Shown here: positions 1 to 9,515 of the stretch, one piece after another | How positions within the stretch are numbered: position 1 is the first letter of the stretch | Layout: the number at the start of each line of letters is the position of its first letter | Translations under genes and position numbers: made by a program | The notes under the pieces: generated by a model | Told to the model about the DNA's origin: nothing | The model's database searches: none | What the model saw: the letters and a program-made list of their open reading frames with translations, nothing else | From: Deltaproteobacteria bacterium | Lineage (GTDB): Bacteria > Myxococcota_A > Polyangia > Polyangiales > Houyiibacteriaceae | Assembly: GCA_013151775.1 (NCBI GenBank) | Contig: JAADHO010000094.1 | Location: forward strand, 2,235 to 66,234 | DNA: 64,000 bases | Reading direction: 5' to 3'

Positions 1-797
1 AACTCGTCCACAGCTACGACGAGAATGACGCGATCCTCTACGCCCTGAGCGTCGGCGCCACGCGTGACGAGCTCGATTTTCTCTACGAGGGGCTCGGCCC
101 GAAGGTGCTGCCGACCTACGCCGTCGTGCCCACCTTTCAGGTCGTCGGCGCGCTGCTGAACGTGGTGGACGGTGATCTCCTCGGCGTCGTCCACGGCGCG
201 CAGGGCATCCGCCTGCACAAGAGCTTCGCGCCACGTGGCACGCTGAAGACGGTGGGCAAGGTCGCCGCGATCTATGACCTGAAGCGCATGGCACAGGCCA
301 TCTTCACCTCCGAGACGCGGGACGAAGAGGGCGAGCTCGTGTGCGAGACAGAGTGGAACATCCTCTATCGCTTCGACGGAGGCTTCGACGGCGAGCGTCC
401 GCCCAAGAGCGCGAAGGCGCGCGCGCCCGATCGCGAGCCTGACTTCATCGTCGAAGAAGCGACGAGTCCCGAGCAGGCGCTGCTCTACCGTCTCAACGGC
501 GACAGGAACCCGCTGCACGCGGACCCCGCCATCGGCAAGCAGGCGGGCTTCGACGGCCCGATCCTGCACGGCCTCTGCACCTATGGCTACGTCGGGCGCG
601 CGATCTTGAAGAACGTCTGTGATGGCGATCCTGCGCGCCTGCGCAGCCTGAACGGGCAGTTCCGCAAGCCTGTCTTCCCAGGCGACACCATCATCACCGA
701 AGGCTGGAAGGAAGAAGGCAAGGTGATCGTCCGCGCCTCCGCCAAGGAGCGCCCCGGCGAATACGTGGTCGCCAACTCCTGGGCCGAGATCGACTGA
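1..797 (+). CDS. MaoC-like (R)-specific enoyl-CoA hydratase, double hot-dog type, 5' end outside window
   Basis: The frame is open from the window edge (LVHSYDENDAILYALSVGATRDELDFLYEG...) and runs into ORF 105-797. The C-terminal hot-dog motif NPLHADPAIGKQAGFDGPILHGLCTYGY is typical of MaoC/MFE-2 hydratase domains. Confidence 0.8.
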   Translation, partial: LVHSYDENDAILYALSVGATRDELDFLYEGLGPKVLPTYAVVPTFQVVGALLNVVDGDLLGVVHGAQGIRLHKSFAPRGTLKTVGKVAAIYDLKRMAQAIFTSETRDEEGELVCETEWNILYRFDGGFDGERPPKSAKARAPDREPDFIVEEATSPEQALLYRLNGDRNPLHADPAIGKQAGFDGPILHGLCTYGYVGRAILKNVCDGDPARLRSLNGQFRKPVFPGDTIITEGWKEEGKVIVRASAKERPGEYVVANSWAEID

Positions 798-1016
798 GCG
801 ACATGCCTCTGGGCGCTAAGCCTTCAGACTAGCAGCGCGCCCCCACCTCGCCGTCATGCTTTCGATCGTCCAAGGCCCGCGAACGCTTGTGGCGAGCGAG
901 AAAATTCCAGTCTACAGTTTGCTCCTGGGTCTGCACGACGACCTATGCGCGCTGAGCCCGCTGCTGCGTGAGCGCTCCGAAGCCCATGGTGCTAGGTCTG
1001 CGTAGCGGGAGGCGCG

Positions 1017-3386
1017 ATGGGAGATCGACGGAAGAAGGATGGCATGTGGCGTTCGGTTTGGCTGATCGCAGCAACGCTGCTCGGCCTGGGTTGCTACGCG
1101 AGCCATCGGCTACCCGAGTGTGAAGGTGGCCTGGCGAGCTGCGACGCGGGCACGCGATCCGACAGCGCCGCGGACGCAGACACCGCACCGGACAGCGGAT
1201 CCGCGCCCACGGACTGCGCGCCCGGGAGCTTCGTCTCTGCGGAGCCCAGCTCGACTAGCGAGCGCGTCTGTGCGCCTTGTGACGCCGGCACGTTCAGTGT
1301 TTCCGTCAACGCCTCGAGCTGTGAGGCTTGGTCCGCCTGCGACTTCGGGACCTTCGTGTCGCTCGTGGGCACCTCCACCACGGATAGGCAATGCGCGCCC
1401 TGCCCAGAGGGTACGGGAAGCTGGGGCGAGAATCAGCCAAGCTGTGTGTCGCTCGCGGCCTGTCCGCCTGGCACGTACGAGACGATGCCGGGCAGCGTCT
1501 CGACGCCACCCATCTGCGCGGCCTGCAACGTGGGTGAGTACTGCGCAGGTGCGTCCGAGCCGCGCTTGCCATGTGCTGCCGGGACCTGGGACGATGACGC
1601 CGACCCCGCGACGCGTTGTGCAGCGGCTCGCGTGTGCGGGCCTGGGACCTACGTCGCCACCGAGGCTACGCCCACCACGAATAGCGTCTGCCTCGGTTGC
1701 ACCACCGGGACGTTCAGCGCGATTGACAACGCCACGAGCTGCGCCCCTTGGCGCGCCTGCGTCGCCGGCGAGTACGTCGTCGTGGCGCCCGACGCCGCAG
1801 TGGATCGTCAGTGCGCCGCCTGCGCTGCGGGCACGTTCAGCGACGGGCCCAATCGCTCCGTCTGCCTCGCCGAGGGCGCCTGCGCTCCGGGCACATGGCA
1901 GACCGCTCCGGCCACGCCCACGTCGGGTCCCGTGTGCGAAGCGTGCAGCGTCGGCGAGTACTGCGCCGGCGGAGACGCCCCACCCATCCCCTGCCGCGGC
2001 CAGACCTGGGACGACGACGACGACCCGGCAACGGCGTGCGTGCCTTGGACGATGTGCGTTGCAGGTACCTTCGTCGCGACCTCCGGAGACGCCACGCACG
2101 ATCGCGTCTGCCAGCCCTGCGCGAGCGGCAGCTTCAGCGACCACGCCAACGCCAGCGCGTGCACTCTCTTTACCGAATGTGGACCGATCGACGTGGACCA
2201 AGGCGGCGGCTCTGCCACCAGCGATCGCGTGTGCATGGTGAGCGGCTGGTCCCAGAACTTCGGCTCCGCGGCGGAAGACAGTGCCATGGCCGTGGCCGTG
2301 GACCTCGCGGGCAACGTCAATGTCGCCGGCTATACCCTGGGTACCTTTCCGGGCCAGACGAGCGCGGGAGGCCGCGACGCCTTCGTGCGTAGCTACGACA
2401 AAGCCAGCCACCTGCGTTGGACGCGTCAGTTCGGCAGCGCGGGGGATGATCTCGGCTTGGCCGTCGGTGTCGACTCGCTCGGCAACGTCTACGTGGGTAC
2501 GACCAGGAATCTCACGGACGCCTCCATCCATAAGTTCGACAGCGGCGGTCGCGAACTCTGGACGCGATCGGTCCGTGTGGAGGCGGGGAGGAGCATGGCC
2601 CTGCAGGTGGTCCCGAGCGGCGACTTCTACCTGGTGGACGGCACGGACGAGGCTCTGCCGGGTCAGACCTCCGCGGGTGGACGTGACGCCTTCGTGCGCA
2701 AATACGACAGCGCGGGCAGAGAGCTCTGGGTCCGGGAATTCGGAACGGCCGACGCCGACAACGCCGTAGAGGTCTCCGCGGACGCGAGCGGGAACGTCTA
2801 CGTGCTCGCATGGAGCAGTGCCGCCGCTCCGCCGGCGGTGGCCGTTCTGAGCTTCTCGGTGCGCGCATACGACAGCGCGGGGACGTTGCTCTGGGCCAAT
2901 GACTTCGTCCCGAGAGAGGACCCTCCCGGGTTCATGGCCGTCGACGGAGCCGGAGACACCTGCCTCGCAGGCAGCACCGACAGCGCGCTGCCGGGCCAGA
3001 CCAGCGCTGGCATGGTGGACAGCTTCGCCGAGCTGCTCACGCCCACCGGAGCCGACGCCTGGACGCATCAATTCGGCGGCTCCGATTCGGACGGGGTCAA
3101 CACCATGGGCGCGAGTGCGGATGGACGCTTCTACATCGCCGGGACCACCCGAGGATCAGACGGCGCCTGGAATGGGTCACCCGTGGAGGGAACGGGCTTC
3201 AACTTCGTCCGCGCCTACGACAGCGAAGGAACGGTGTTGTGGACGCGGCGCTTCTGGACCGTGAACCAGAACTACCCTCGGGACATCGCCGTGGGCCCAC
3301 GGGGCGGCGTCTACATCGTGGGCGGCTTCAGTGGACGCGGCTCGGTGGGTGCGCTCGACGGCTTCCTCTTCCGCTTCAATGGGTAA
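1017..3386 (+). CDS. Secreted/lipoprotein with TNFR-like cysteine-rich repeats and C-terminal SBBP-type beta-propeller repeats
   Basis: N-terminal signal/lipobox-like LIAATLLGLGCYAS. There are about 10 repeats of C-x2-C-x2-GTFS...C..W..C..G.YV...DR.C. Repeated units follow of the form GGRDAFVR(K/S)YD..G.ELWTR.FG...D.A..V..D..GNVYV. GC3-rich codon usage is consistent over 789 codons. Confidence 0.75.
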   Translation: MGDRRKKDGMWRSVWLIAATLLGLGCYASHRLPECEGGLASCDAGTRSDSAADADTAPDSGSAPTDCAPGSFVSAEPSSTSERVCAPCDAGTFSVSVNASSCEAWSACDFGTFVSLVGTSTTDRQCAPCPEGTGSWGENQPSCVSLAACPPGTYETMPGSVSTPPICAACNVGEYCAGASEPRLPCAAGTWDDDADPATRCAAARVCGPGTYVATEATPTTNSVCLGCTTGTFSAIDNATSCAPWRACVAGEYVVVAPDAAVDRQCAACAAGTFSDGPNRSVCLAEGACAPGTWQTAPATPTSGPVCEACSVGEYCAGGDAPPIPCRGQTWDDDDDPATACVPWTMCVAGTFVATSGDATHDRVCQPCASGSFSDHANASACTLFTECGPIDVDQGGGSATSDRVCMVSGWSQNFGSAAEDSAMAVAVDLAGNVNVAGYTLGTFPGQTSAGGRDAFVRSYDKASHLRWTRQFGSAGDDLGLAVGVDSLGNVYVGTTRNLTDASIHKFDSGGRELWTRSVRVEAGRSMALQVVPSGDFYLVDGTDEALPGQTSAGGRDAFVRKYDSAGRELWVREFGTADADNAVEVSADASGNVYVLAWSSAAAPPAVAVLSFSVRAYDSAGTLLWANDFVPREDPPGFMAVDGAGDTCLAGSTDSALPGQTSAGMVDSFAELLTPTGADAWTHQFGGSDSDGVNTMGASADGRFYIAGTTRGSDGAWNGSPVEGTGFNFVRAYDSEGTVLWTRRFWTVNQNYPRDIAVGPRGGVYIVGGFSGRGSVGALDGFLFRFNG

Positions 3387-3635
3387 GGTGCGCCTGCCGC
3401 GCCAGACACTAAGCGTTTGGTATTTTAACCCGCGTTCCGTGTAAAATCATAGGGTTACAAATTCGCAGAGGATATGGTCACGAATCCAGGAGCGCCCGCT
3501 GCTCGCGTGGCTAGCGCCCCAATCCTCACCACACGCGGCCCGCACCGTGATTAATCGCAGAGCACATCCGCCCACATGGATCTAGAGGGTTGATGCGACT
3601 CTTGTCGGTCGCGGAACTACTCCACCGGAGGAAGC

Positions 3636-4832
3636 ATGAAGAAGCTCGCTAAGGAAATCTGGATCGTCGGCGCCAAGCGCACCCCCTTCGGTGATTTCAG
3701 CGGCGCCTTGCGCGGCGTCAGCGCCATCGACCTCGGCGTCGTAGCGAGCAAGGCCGCCATCGCGCAGAGCGGTGTGCCGGTCGAGGAGTTCGACCACGCG
3801 ATCTTCGGCAACGTGCTGCAGACCAGCACGGACGCTCTCTACGGCGCGCGCCACGTCGGCCTCAAGTCGGGCCTCGGCATCGAGGTGCCCGGCCTGACCG
3901 TCAACCGCCTCTGTGGCTCGGGCTTTCAGGTCGTGATCAACGCGGCGCAGCAGATCCTGCTCGGCGACTCCAAGGCGGTGCTCGCGGCCGGCGGCGAGAA
4001 CATGAGCCAAGCGCCCCACTCCATCTACGGCCTGCGCGACGGCGGGCAGCGCTTCGGGCGCCCCTCGCCCATGGTGGACACGCTCTGGGAGTCGCTGACA
4101 GACAGCTACTGCGACACGCCCATGGCCATGACGGCCGAGAACATCGCCGAGAAGTACGACGTCACGCGCGAGCACGCCGACACCTTCGCTCTGCGCAGCC
4201 AGAAGAACTGGGCCGCCGCGCAGGAGTCAGGTGGCTTCGCCGAGGAGATGGCGCCCGTCACCATCACCAAGCGCCGCAAGGAGATCGTCGTCGACAAGGA
4301 CGAGCATCCGCGTCCCGACACCACCCTGGAGAGCCTCGCCAAGCTGCCGCCCGTGTTCAAGAAGGACGGAGTGGTCACGGCGGGCAACGCGAGCGGCATC
4401 TGCGATGGCGCCGGCGCCATGGTCGTGGTCGATGGCGAGTGGGGCAAGGCGCAGGGCCTGAAGCCCCTCGCCAAGTTGGTGCAGTGGGGCGTCGCCGGTG
4501 TGGAGCCGACCTTGATGGGTCTCGGTCCCGTGCCCGCGATTCAGCAGGGGCTCGAGCGCGCCGGTCTGACGATCGACGACATCGGCCTCTTCGACGTGAA
4601 CGAGGCCTTCTCCTCGCAGTTCCTCGGCGTGCAGCGGGAGCTCGGCCTGCCCGAGGAGAAGACCAACGTGAACGGCGGCGCCGTGGCCCTCGGTCATCCC
4701 CTCGGCGCCTCGGGTGCGCGCATCACCACCAACCTGATCTACACTGCTCGCAAGCGCGGCGAGAAGTTCGCCGTGGGCTCCGCCTGCATCGGCGGCGGTC
4801 AGGGCATCGCCCTCGTCCTCGAGATGATCTGA
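3636..4832 (+). CDS. Acetyl-CoA C-acetyltransferase (thiolase II)
   Basis: Full-length thiolase motifs are present: NRLCGSG (active Cys), [24 protein letters not shown] and [18 protein letters not shown] lies 6 nt upstream of the ATG. Confidence 0.95.
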   Translation: MKKLAKEIWIVGAKRTPFGDFSGALRGVSAIDLGVVASKAAIAQSGVPVEEFDHAIFGNVLQTSTDALYGARHVGLKSGLGIEVPGLTVNRLCGSGFQVVINAAQQILLGDSKAVLAAGGENMSQAPHSIYGLRDGGQRFGRPSPMVDTLWESLTDSYCDTPMAMTAENIAEKYDVTREHADTFALRSQKNWAAAQESGGFAEEMAPVTITKRRKEIVVDKDEHPRPDTTLESLAKLPPVFKKDGVVTAGNASGICDGAGAMVVVDGEWGKAQGLKPLAKLVQWGVAGVEPTLMGLGPVPAIQQGLERAGLTIDDIGLFDVNEAFSSQFLGVQRELGLPEEKTNVNGGAVALGHPLGASGARITTNLIYTARKRGEKFAVGSACIGGGQGIALVLEMI

Positions 4833-4837
4833 GCGCC

Positions 4838-6106
4838 ATGACCGACACCCTCACCGCCGACGAGCTGATCTACGACTGGAACGAAGTGGACCGTCGCGGT
4901 CCCGTGCTCTTGAAGCGCAAGTTCGCCTTGCACGACGAGACGCTACGCGACGGCATTCAGAACCCGTCGGTGGTGGACCCGGGCATCGGCGACAAGCTCG
5001 CCATCGTGCACCTGCTCGACGAGCTCGGTGTGGAGAGCACGGACGTGGGCCTTCCGGGCGCGGGCCCGCGCGCCTTCGACGACGTGCTGCGCATGGTGCG
5101 TGAGATCGCCGAGCAGAAGCTCAGCATCAAGCCCACCTGCGCCGGTCGCACCTTGGTCTCGGACATCGAGCCCATGGTGGAGATCACGCAGAAGGCGGGC
5201 ATGCCCGTGGAGGTGATGACCTTCATCGGCTCGTCACCGATTCGGCGCTTGGCTGAGGATTGGTCACGCGAGCTGATCATCGAGCGCTCGGTGAAGGCCA
5301 TCGAATTCGCCGTGAAGGAGGGCCTCGAGGTCACCTTCGTCACGGAGGACACGACGCGCTCGCGTCCGGATCTGCTGACGCCGCTCTTCCGCGCAGCGAT
5401 CGACGCGGGCGCGAAGAACCTCTGCCTCTGCGACACGGTCGGCCACGTCACGCCCGACGGCGTGAAGAACCTGATCGGCTACACGCGCCACGTGATCGAG
5501 GGCACGGGCGCGAAGGTCGGCATCGACTGGCACGGCCACAACGATCGTGGTCTCGGGCTCGTCAACTCGATCTACGCCCTCGAGTATGGCGCGGACCGCG
5601 TGCACGGGACGATCCTCGGCATCGGCGAGCGCGTCGGCAACGCGCAGCTCGACCTCATCCTGATCAACCTGAAGCTGCTCGGGATCATCCCGGATCGCGA
5701 TCTGACGAAGCTCGCGGCCATCGCGCAGTTGGTCTCCAAGGCGACGCGTTTCCCGATCCCCATCAACTACCCGGTGGTGGGCGAGGACGCCTTCCGCACG
5801 GCCACGGGCGTGCACGCGGCGGCCATCATCAAGGCCAAGAGCAAGGGCGACGACTTCCTCGCGGACCGCGTCTACTCGGGCGTGCCCGCGAGCATGGTCG
5901 GCCGCAAGCAGGAGATCTGCGTCGGACCCATGTCCGGGGTCAGCAACGTCACCTACTGGCTGCAAGATCACGGCATCCATCCCGGCGAGGCGCTCGTCGC
6001 GTCGATCCTGAAGGTGGCCAAGGAGAGCGATCACAACCTCAGCGAGGAGGAGATCCTCGCCGTTGTGGATCGCCACGCACGCAAGAACGGCGACAGCGAG
6101 AGCTGA
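4838..6106 (+). CDS. HMGL-like aldolase family protein (2-isopropylmalate/homocitrate synthase-like)
   Basis: The ATG at 4838 is 5 nt after the thiolase stop. It has the LHDETLRDGIQNPS signature, HGHND, and TILGIGERVGNA of the DRE-TIM metallolyase (LeuA/NifV/HMGL) fold. The 4439-4837 part of the tracked ORF overlaps the thiolase and is discarded. Confidence 0.8.
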   Translation: MTDTLTADELIYDWNEVDRRGPVLLKRKFALHDETLRDGIQNPSVVDPGIGDKLAIVHLLDELGVESTDVGLPGAGPRAFDDVLRMVREIAEQKLSIKPTCAGRTLVSDIEPMVEITQKAGMPVEVMTFIGSSPIRRLAEDWSRELIIERSVKAIEFAVKEGLEVTFVTEDTTRSRPDLLTPLFRAAIDAGAKNLCLCDTVGHVTPDGVKNLIGYTRHVIEGTGAKVGIDWHGHNDRGLGLVNSIYALEYGADRVHGTILGIGERVGNAQLDLILINLKLLGIIPDRDLTKLAAIAQLVSKATRFPIPINYPVVGEDAFRTATGVHAAAIIKAKSKGDDFLADRVYSGVPASMVGRKQEICVGPMSGVSNVTYWLQDHGIHPGEALVASILKVAKESDHNLSEEEILAVVDRHARKNGDSES

Positions 6107-6166
6107 GTCCTCGGGAGGGGGCTGTCATCGTCCGCCGATAACGCTATCCTCCGGCCCTCGGAGGAG

Positions 6167-7420
6167 TTGTCCATGCGTTTTCTGCTACGTCCCGTGCATT
6201 CGATCTTGTTGGTCAGCCTGCTCTTCGCCCTCGCTTGCGGCGATGACGGCACGAGCCCCATGGATTCTGGAGTCGACTCGAGCGCAGCCACGGACTCGGG
6301 CGCGTGGGACTCGAGCGTGGCAGACTCGGCGACGCCTGACGCGACACGGCCACGACCCGACTCGGGTCCTCCTCCGCCGCCGCCTCCCGGCATCGTCTAC
6401 GGCGACCCGATGACGGCGCCGGAGATGAGCTGGACCTTCGTGGACTTCCCCGGCACGACCTGCATGGACGGATCGGCCACGGGCCTCGGGCTGAACCTGA
6501 ACCCCGCCAGCGACAAGGTCGTGATCTACTTCCAGGGCGGCAACCTCTGCTTCGACGCGCTCAGCTGCATCGCCGTGGCCAACGCGGACGGCTTCCGCGG
6601 GTCCAAGCTCAACTCCGCCGTCAACGCGCTGCGCAACGGTCTCTTCGACCGCTCGGATCCCGACAACCCCGTCGCGGACTGGAACTTCATCTTCGTGCCC
6701 TACTGCTCGGGTGACATCCACTCGGGCAACCTCGCCTCGGGCTTCCGCGGCAACGCCTACATGGGCCGCAGCAACACGACGCAATTCTTCGGGCGCATCG
6801 TCCCGACCTTCCCCACGGCGACCAAGGTGCTCGTGACGGGCTCGAGCGCAGGCGGCTTCGGCGCCATCGCCAACTTCCATCAAGCGGTGGGCGCCTTCGA
6901 GGGCATGTCGACGGCCAAGCTCTACCTGCTCGACGACGCCGGCCCGCCCATGAGCGACACCTACCTGAAGCCGTGTTTTCAGCAGCAGATCCGCGACGCC
7001 TTCGGCCTCAGCTCGGTGCCGCTCTTCACGGATTGTCCCGAGTGCAGCGGCGCGGACGGAGGTGGACTCGGCAACATGATCCCCTTCCTCGCCACCACTC
7101 ATCCGACGCTGCGCATGGCCATCCTGAGCACGACGGGCGACTCCACGATCCGTCAGTTCTACGGCTATGGCTACTCGGGCCGCTGCAACTTCCCCGTGAA
7201 CATGCCCGCGGCCGACTACGAAGCCGGCCTGCTCGAGGAGCGCGACGTGATCCTCGCGGACCACGACAACTTCAAGTTCTTCATCAAGCGCGAGACCTTC
7301 CACACCTTCCTCGGCCGCCGCATGGAGAGCGACCCCGCGACCGTCGCCGGCGTGACCCTCGCCGAGTGGATCCGGCGCTTGGTGGAAGACGACGCCAGCT
7401 GGGACAACGTCGGACCGTAG
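6167..7420 (+). CDS. Secreted pectin-acetylesterase/Notum-family (PAE-like) serine esterase, lipoprotein
   Basis: Lipobox LLFALACGDDG followed by an acidic DSG linker. PAE-type motifs are YFQGGNLCFDALSC, YCSGDIHSGN and VTGSSAGGFGA (the nucleophile Ser). Confidence 0.7.
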   Translation: MSMRFLLRPVHSILLVSLLFALACGDDGTSPMDSGVDSSAATDSGAWDSSVADSATPDATRPRPDSGPPPPPPPGIVYGDPMTAPEMSWTFVDFPGTTCMDGSATGLGLNLNPASDKVVIYFQGGNLCFDALSCIAVANADGFRGSKLNSAVNALRNGLFDRSDPDNPVADWNFIFVPYCSGDIHSGNLASGFRGNAYMGRSNTTQFFGRIVPTFPTATKVLVTGSSAGGFGAIANFHQAVGAFEGMSTAKLYLLDDAGPPMSDTYLKPCFQQQIRDAFGLSSVPLFTDCPECSGADGGGLGNMIPFLATTHPTLRMAILSTTGDSTIRQFYGYGYSGRCNFPVNMPAADYEAGLLEERDVILADHDNFKFFIKRETFHTFLGRRMESDPATVAGVTLAEWIRRLVEDDASWDNVGP

Positions 7421-7447
7421 TGGCTTTCCGGGGCCGTGCTCAGCGCG

Positions 7448-7858
7448 TCAGGGAGCGGTGTGGGTCACTCCTGCGTCGCTCGAGGGCGTCGTGTCTTGGT
7501 CGATCTGGATGAAGGAGAGGCCGATCAGCGCGATCGCCAAGAGCAGCAGCATCAGCACGGAGAGTACGAGGGGCATCAGGGTCTTGCTGCCCATGCGCTC
7601 GCTGAATCCGTCGCGGTAGAAGCGGCCCGCGCTGCGCACGCGGATCTTGCGCTGAATCGCCGGCAGCAGGTTCACCGGAGGCTCGGCGTCCTTGGCCGCG
7701 TCGGCGCGCGTCAGGTCGATCAGATCGCAGAACTCCGCGAACTCCACGGCCAGGTCCACGTCCTCGGCGAGCGCAGCGTCGAAGCGAGCCCGGGCGTCGG
7801 CGTCTAGCTCATCGTCGTAGGCCTCGCTGAACAGATCTCTGGCATCGCCCTTGGTCAC
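7448..7858 (-). CDS. Anti-sigma factor, single-pass membrane protein
   Basis: Its GTG start overlaps the upstream ECF sigma stop (GTGA at 7855-7858). It has an acidic N-terminal helical domain and one TM helix (LMPLVLSVLMLLLLAIALIGL), which is the usual sigma/anti-sigma pairing. Confidence 0.6.
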   Translation of the reverse strand: MTKGDARDLFSEAYDDELDADARARFDAALAEDVDLAVEFAEFCDLIDLTRADAAKDAEPPVNLLPAIQRKIRVRSAGRFYRDGFSERMGSKTLMPLVLSVLMLLLLAIALIGLSFIQIDQDTTPSSDAGVTHTAP

Positions 7859-8508
7859 GACCGCCCTCCTGAAAGCTCCTTGACCCGGCTCACGAGCGCC
7901 AAGCGCGCGCGATGCAGCCGACTCTTCACCGTCCCCGAGGCCAGCCCCGTCACCTGCTGGATCTCGCCGTAGGTCAGGCTCTCGATGTCTCGCAACACCA
8001 CCAGCTCCCGCTGCTCATCCGGCAGCTCCGACAGGGCGAGGCGCACGAAGTCCTCCATCTGCCGTCCCTGCATCACCGCCTCGGGCCCGGCGATGGGCGT
8101 ACTCGTGCTCATGCTCGCGCTCTCGATGGCGTCCCGATCTCCGACCTCGTCGAACTGCTTCTTGCGACCACGCGCGCGACGACCGAGGTACTTGAGGCGG
8201 TTCTTCGCGTGATTCGCCGCCACACGATACAGCCAGGTCGAGAGCTTGCTGTCACCGCGAAAGTTGCCGATCGACTTGAAGACCGTGACGAAGACCTCCT
8301 GCGCCAGATCCTCGGCCTCCTGTTGATCGTTGAGCATGCGGTAGACGAGCCGATAGATGCGCCCCTGATAGACCGTCACGAGCTGGTTGAACGCCTGCTC
8401 GTCCTGACGCTTCAGGCGTTGTACGAGCTCGGCTTCGTCCGCGTCCGACATGGCTTCGTGAAAGTAAGCTGCTGAGGTCGCGCGTTCGAGGTTCTCCTGC
8501 ACGCACAC
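7855..8508 (-). CDS. ECF-type RNA polymerase sigma-70 family factor
   Basis: Region 2 (YRLVYRMLNDQQEAEDLAQEVFV, WLYRVAANHAKN) and region 4 (REL VVLRDIESLTYGEIQQVTGLASGTVKSRLHRAR) are recognisable. The start could instead be the internal Met at 8451. Confidence 0.9.
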   Translation of the reverse strand: MCVQENLERATSAAYFHEAMSDADEAELVQRLKRQDEQAFNQLVTVYQGRIYRLVYRMLNDQQEAEDLAQEVFVTVFKSIGNFRGDSKLSTWLYRVAANHAKNRLKYLGRRARGRKKQFDEVGDRDAIESASMSTSTPIAGPEAVMQGRQMEDFVRLALSELPDEQRELVVLRDIESLTYGEIQQVTGLASGTVKSRLHRARLALVSRVKELSGGRS

Positions 8509-8582
8509 CGGACAACTTCGAGGGTCCTGGGTTCCGCCGGGGAGCTTACCCCATGACTCCGCCGCTCACAGCTCTGAGCGCG

Positions 8583-9515
8583 CTATTGCACCTGATAGCG
8601 GATGGAGACGAGGAGCTGGGTGCCCGGCTCCTTGCCCGTGACGGTCTGCTGGAACGCGAGATCGACGCCGAAGCTGCGGTCGACGTAGCCGATGGAGCCC
8701 GTGACGCGACCGGTACCGCGACCCGTGTCGTGGCGATAGCCGACGCGGATCGGCAGCGAGTCGCCGATCAGCAGCTCGACGCCACCACCAACCAAGTACT
8801 CCACCGTGTCGAAGGTCGTGATGTCTGCGAGCAGATCGGCGCCGAGGCTGAGCCTATCGGAGAAGGAGTAGGCCGCGGAGCCGCCGAGGAGCGTTGGCGC
8901 GAGGGAGGTGTTTCGGTTGATCAGGTTGTAGGCGAGGGCGGCGAAGTTGAGACCGTCCGTGGGCGTGACGCGCACGGAGACGTCCATCGTGAAGCCCTTG
9001 CGGCTCACGAAGCTCGAGTCCTGATCCGCGCGAGTCAGGCTGAAGTAGCGACCCGAGACGCCGATGCCGATGGAATCGCCGATGGGCATGCCGAGGGACA
9101 TGCGGGCGTCCCAGCCGTCGTAGGGGCGCGCGCCTCCTCCAAAGATGGCGCGCGTGGAGAGCCCCGCAGCGATCTTGTTACTGACCGAATCTGCCACCAC
9201 GCCGCCTAGCGTGTAGGCGCCCTCGCCCGCCAGATAGCCGAAGATGCTCTCGACGTGATACACGCGCGCCAAGGGCAGGTTGGCGGCGTTGTACATCACG
9301 GCCGACGTGCCGAGGGCGTTGGCGCGGGAGCCTGTACCCAAGGCCAAACCGCGCGTGGTCGCGCCCGAGTCCTCGGGCAAGCGCGCCGAGTCGGGCGGAG
9401 GATCCGTGATCTGCGCGTGGGCGGTCTGGCTCGCGAGGCCGATCAGCAGGGCGGTGAAGAGCGGGCTCGACCAGCGCAGCGCGCGCCAGAGAACGCCTCG
9501 AAGAGCGTCGCGCAC
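8583..9515 (-). CDS. Putative outer-membrane beta-barrel protein
   Basis: Signal peptide ...WSSPLFTALLIGLASQTAHAQ, followed by alternating amphipathic beta-strand-like segments rich in G/Y/S/A. The start is uncertain (GTG at 9515, or the tracked ORF start at 9611). There is no family-level recognition. Confidence 0.5.
   Translation of the reverse strand: MRDALRGVLWRALRWSSPLFTALLIGLASQTAHAQITDPPPDSARLPEDSGATTRGLALGTGSRANALGTSAVMYNAANLPLARVYHVESIFGYLAGEGAYTLGGVVADSVSNKIAAGLSTRAIFGGGARPYDGWDARMSLGMPIGDSIGIGVSGRYFSLTRADQDSSFVSRKGFTMDVSVRVTPTDGLNFAALAYNLINRNTSLAPTLLGGSAAYSFSDRLSLGADLLADITTFDTVEYLVGGGVELLIGDSLPIRVGYRHDTGRGTGRVTGSIGYVDRSFGVDLAFQQTVTGKEPGTQLLVSIRYQVQ

Noticed and set aside
1110-3071. 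653-aa ORF on the minus strand opposite the TNFR-like/SBBP gene
   Set aside because: The composition is Arg/Ala/Gly-rich with no motifs, and it is exactly antisense to a gene with clear repeat architecture. This is the typical shadow ORF of high-GC DNA.
3417-3447. Sigma-70-like promoter (TTGGTA ... TAAAAT) in the AT-richer gap upstream of the thiolase gene
   Set aside because: The spacer is 19 nt, which is too long. The site is about 190 nt from the start codon, and promoter consensus in this lineage is uncertain. I do not report it as a feature.
4439-4837. 5' extension of the LeuA-like ORF (tracked as 4439-6106), and similar long 5' extensions of ORFs at 42270, 42605, 45677, 47507, 30736, 34168-36663 and 39044
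   Set aside because: The extensions overlap the 3' ends of well-supported upstream genes in another frame and are Arg/Pro-rich. Internal ATG/GTG starts that abut or overlap the upstream stop by 1-4 nt give sensible N-termini.
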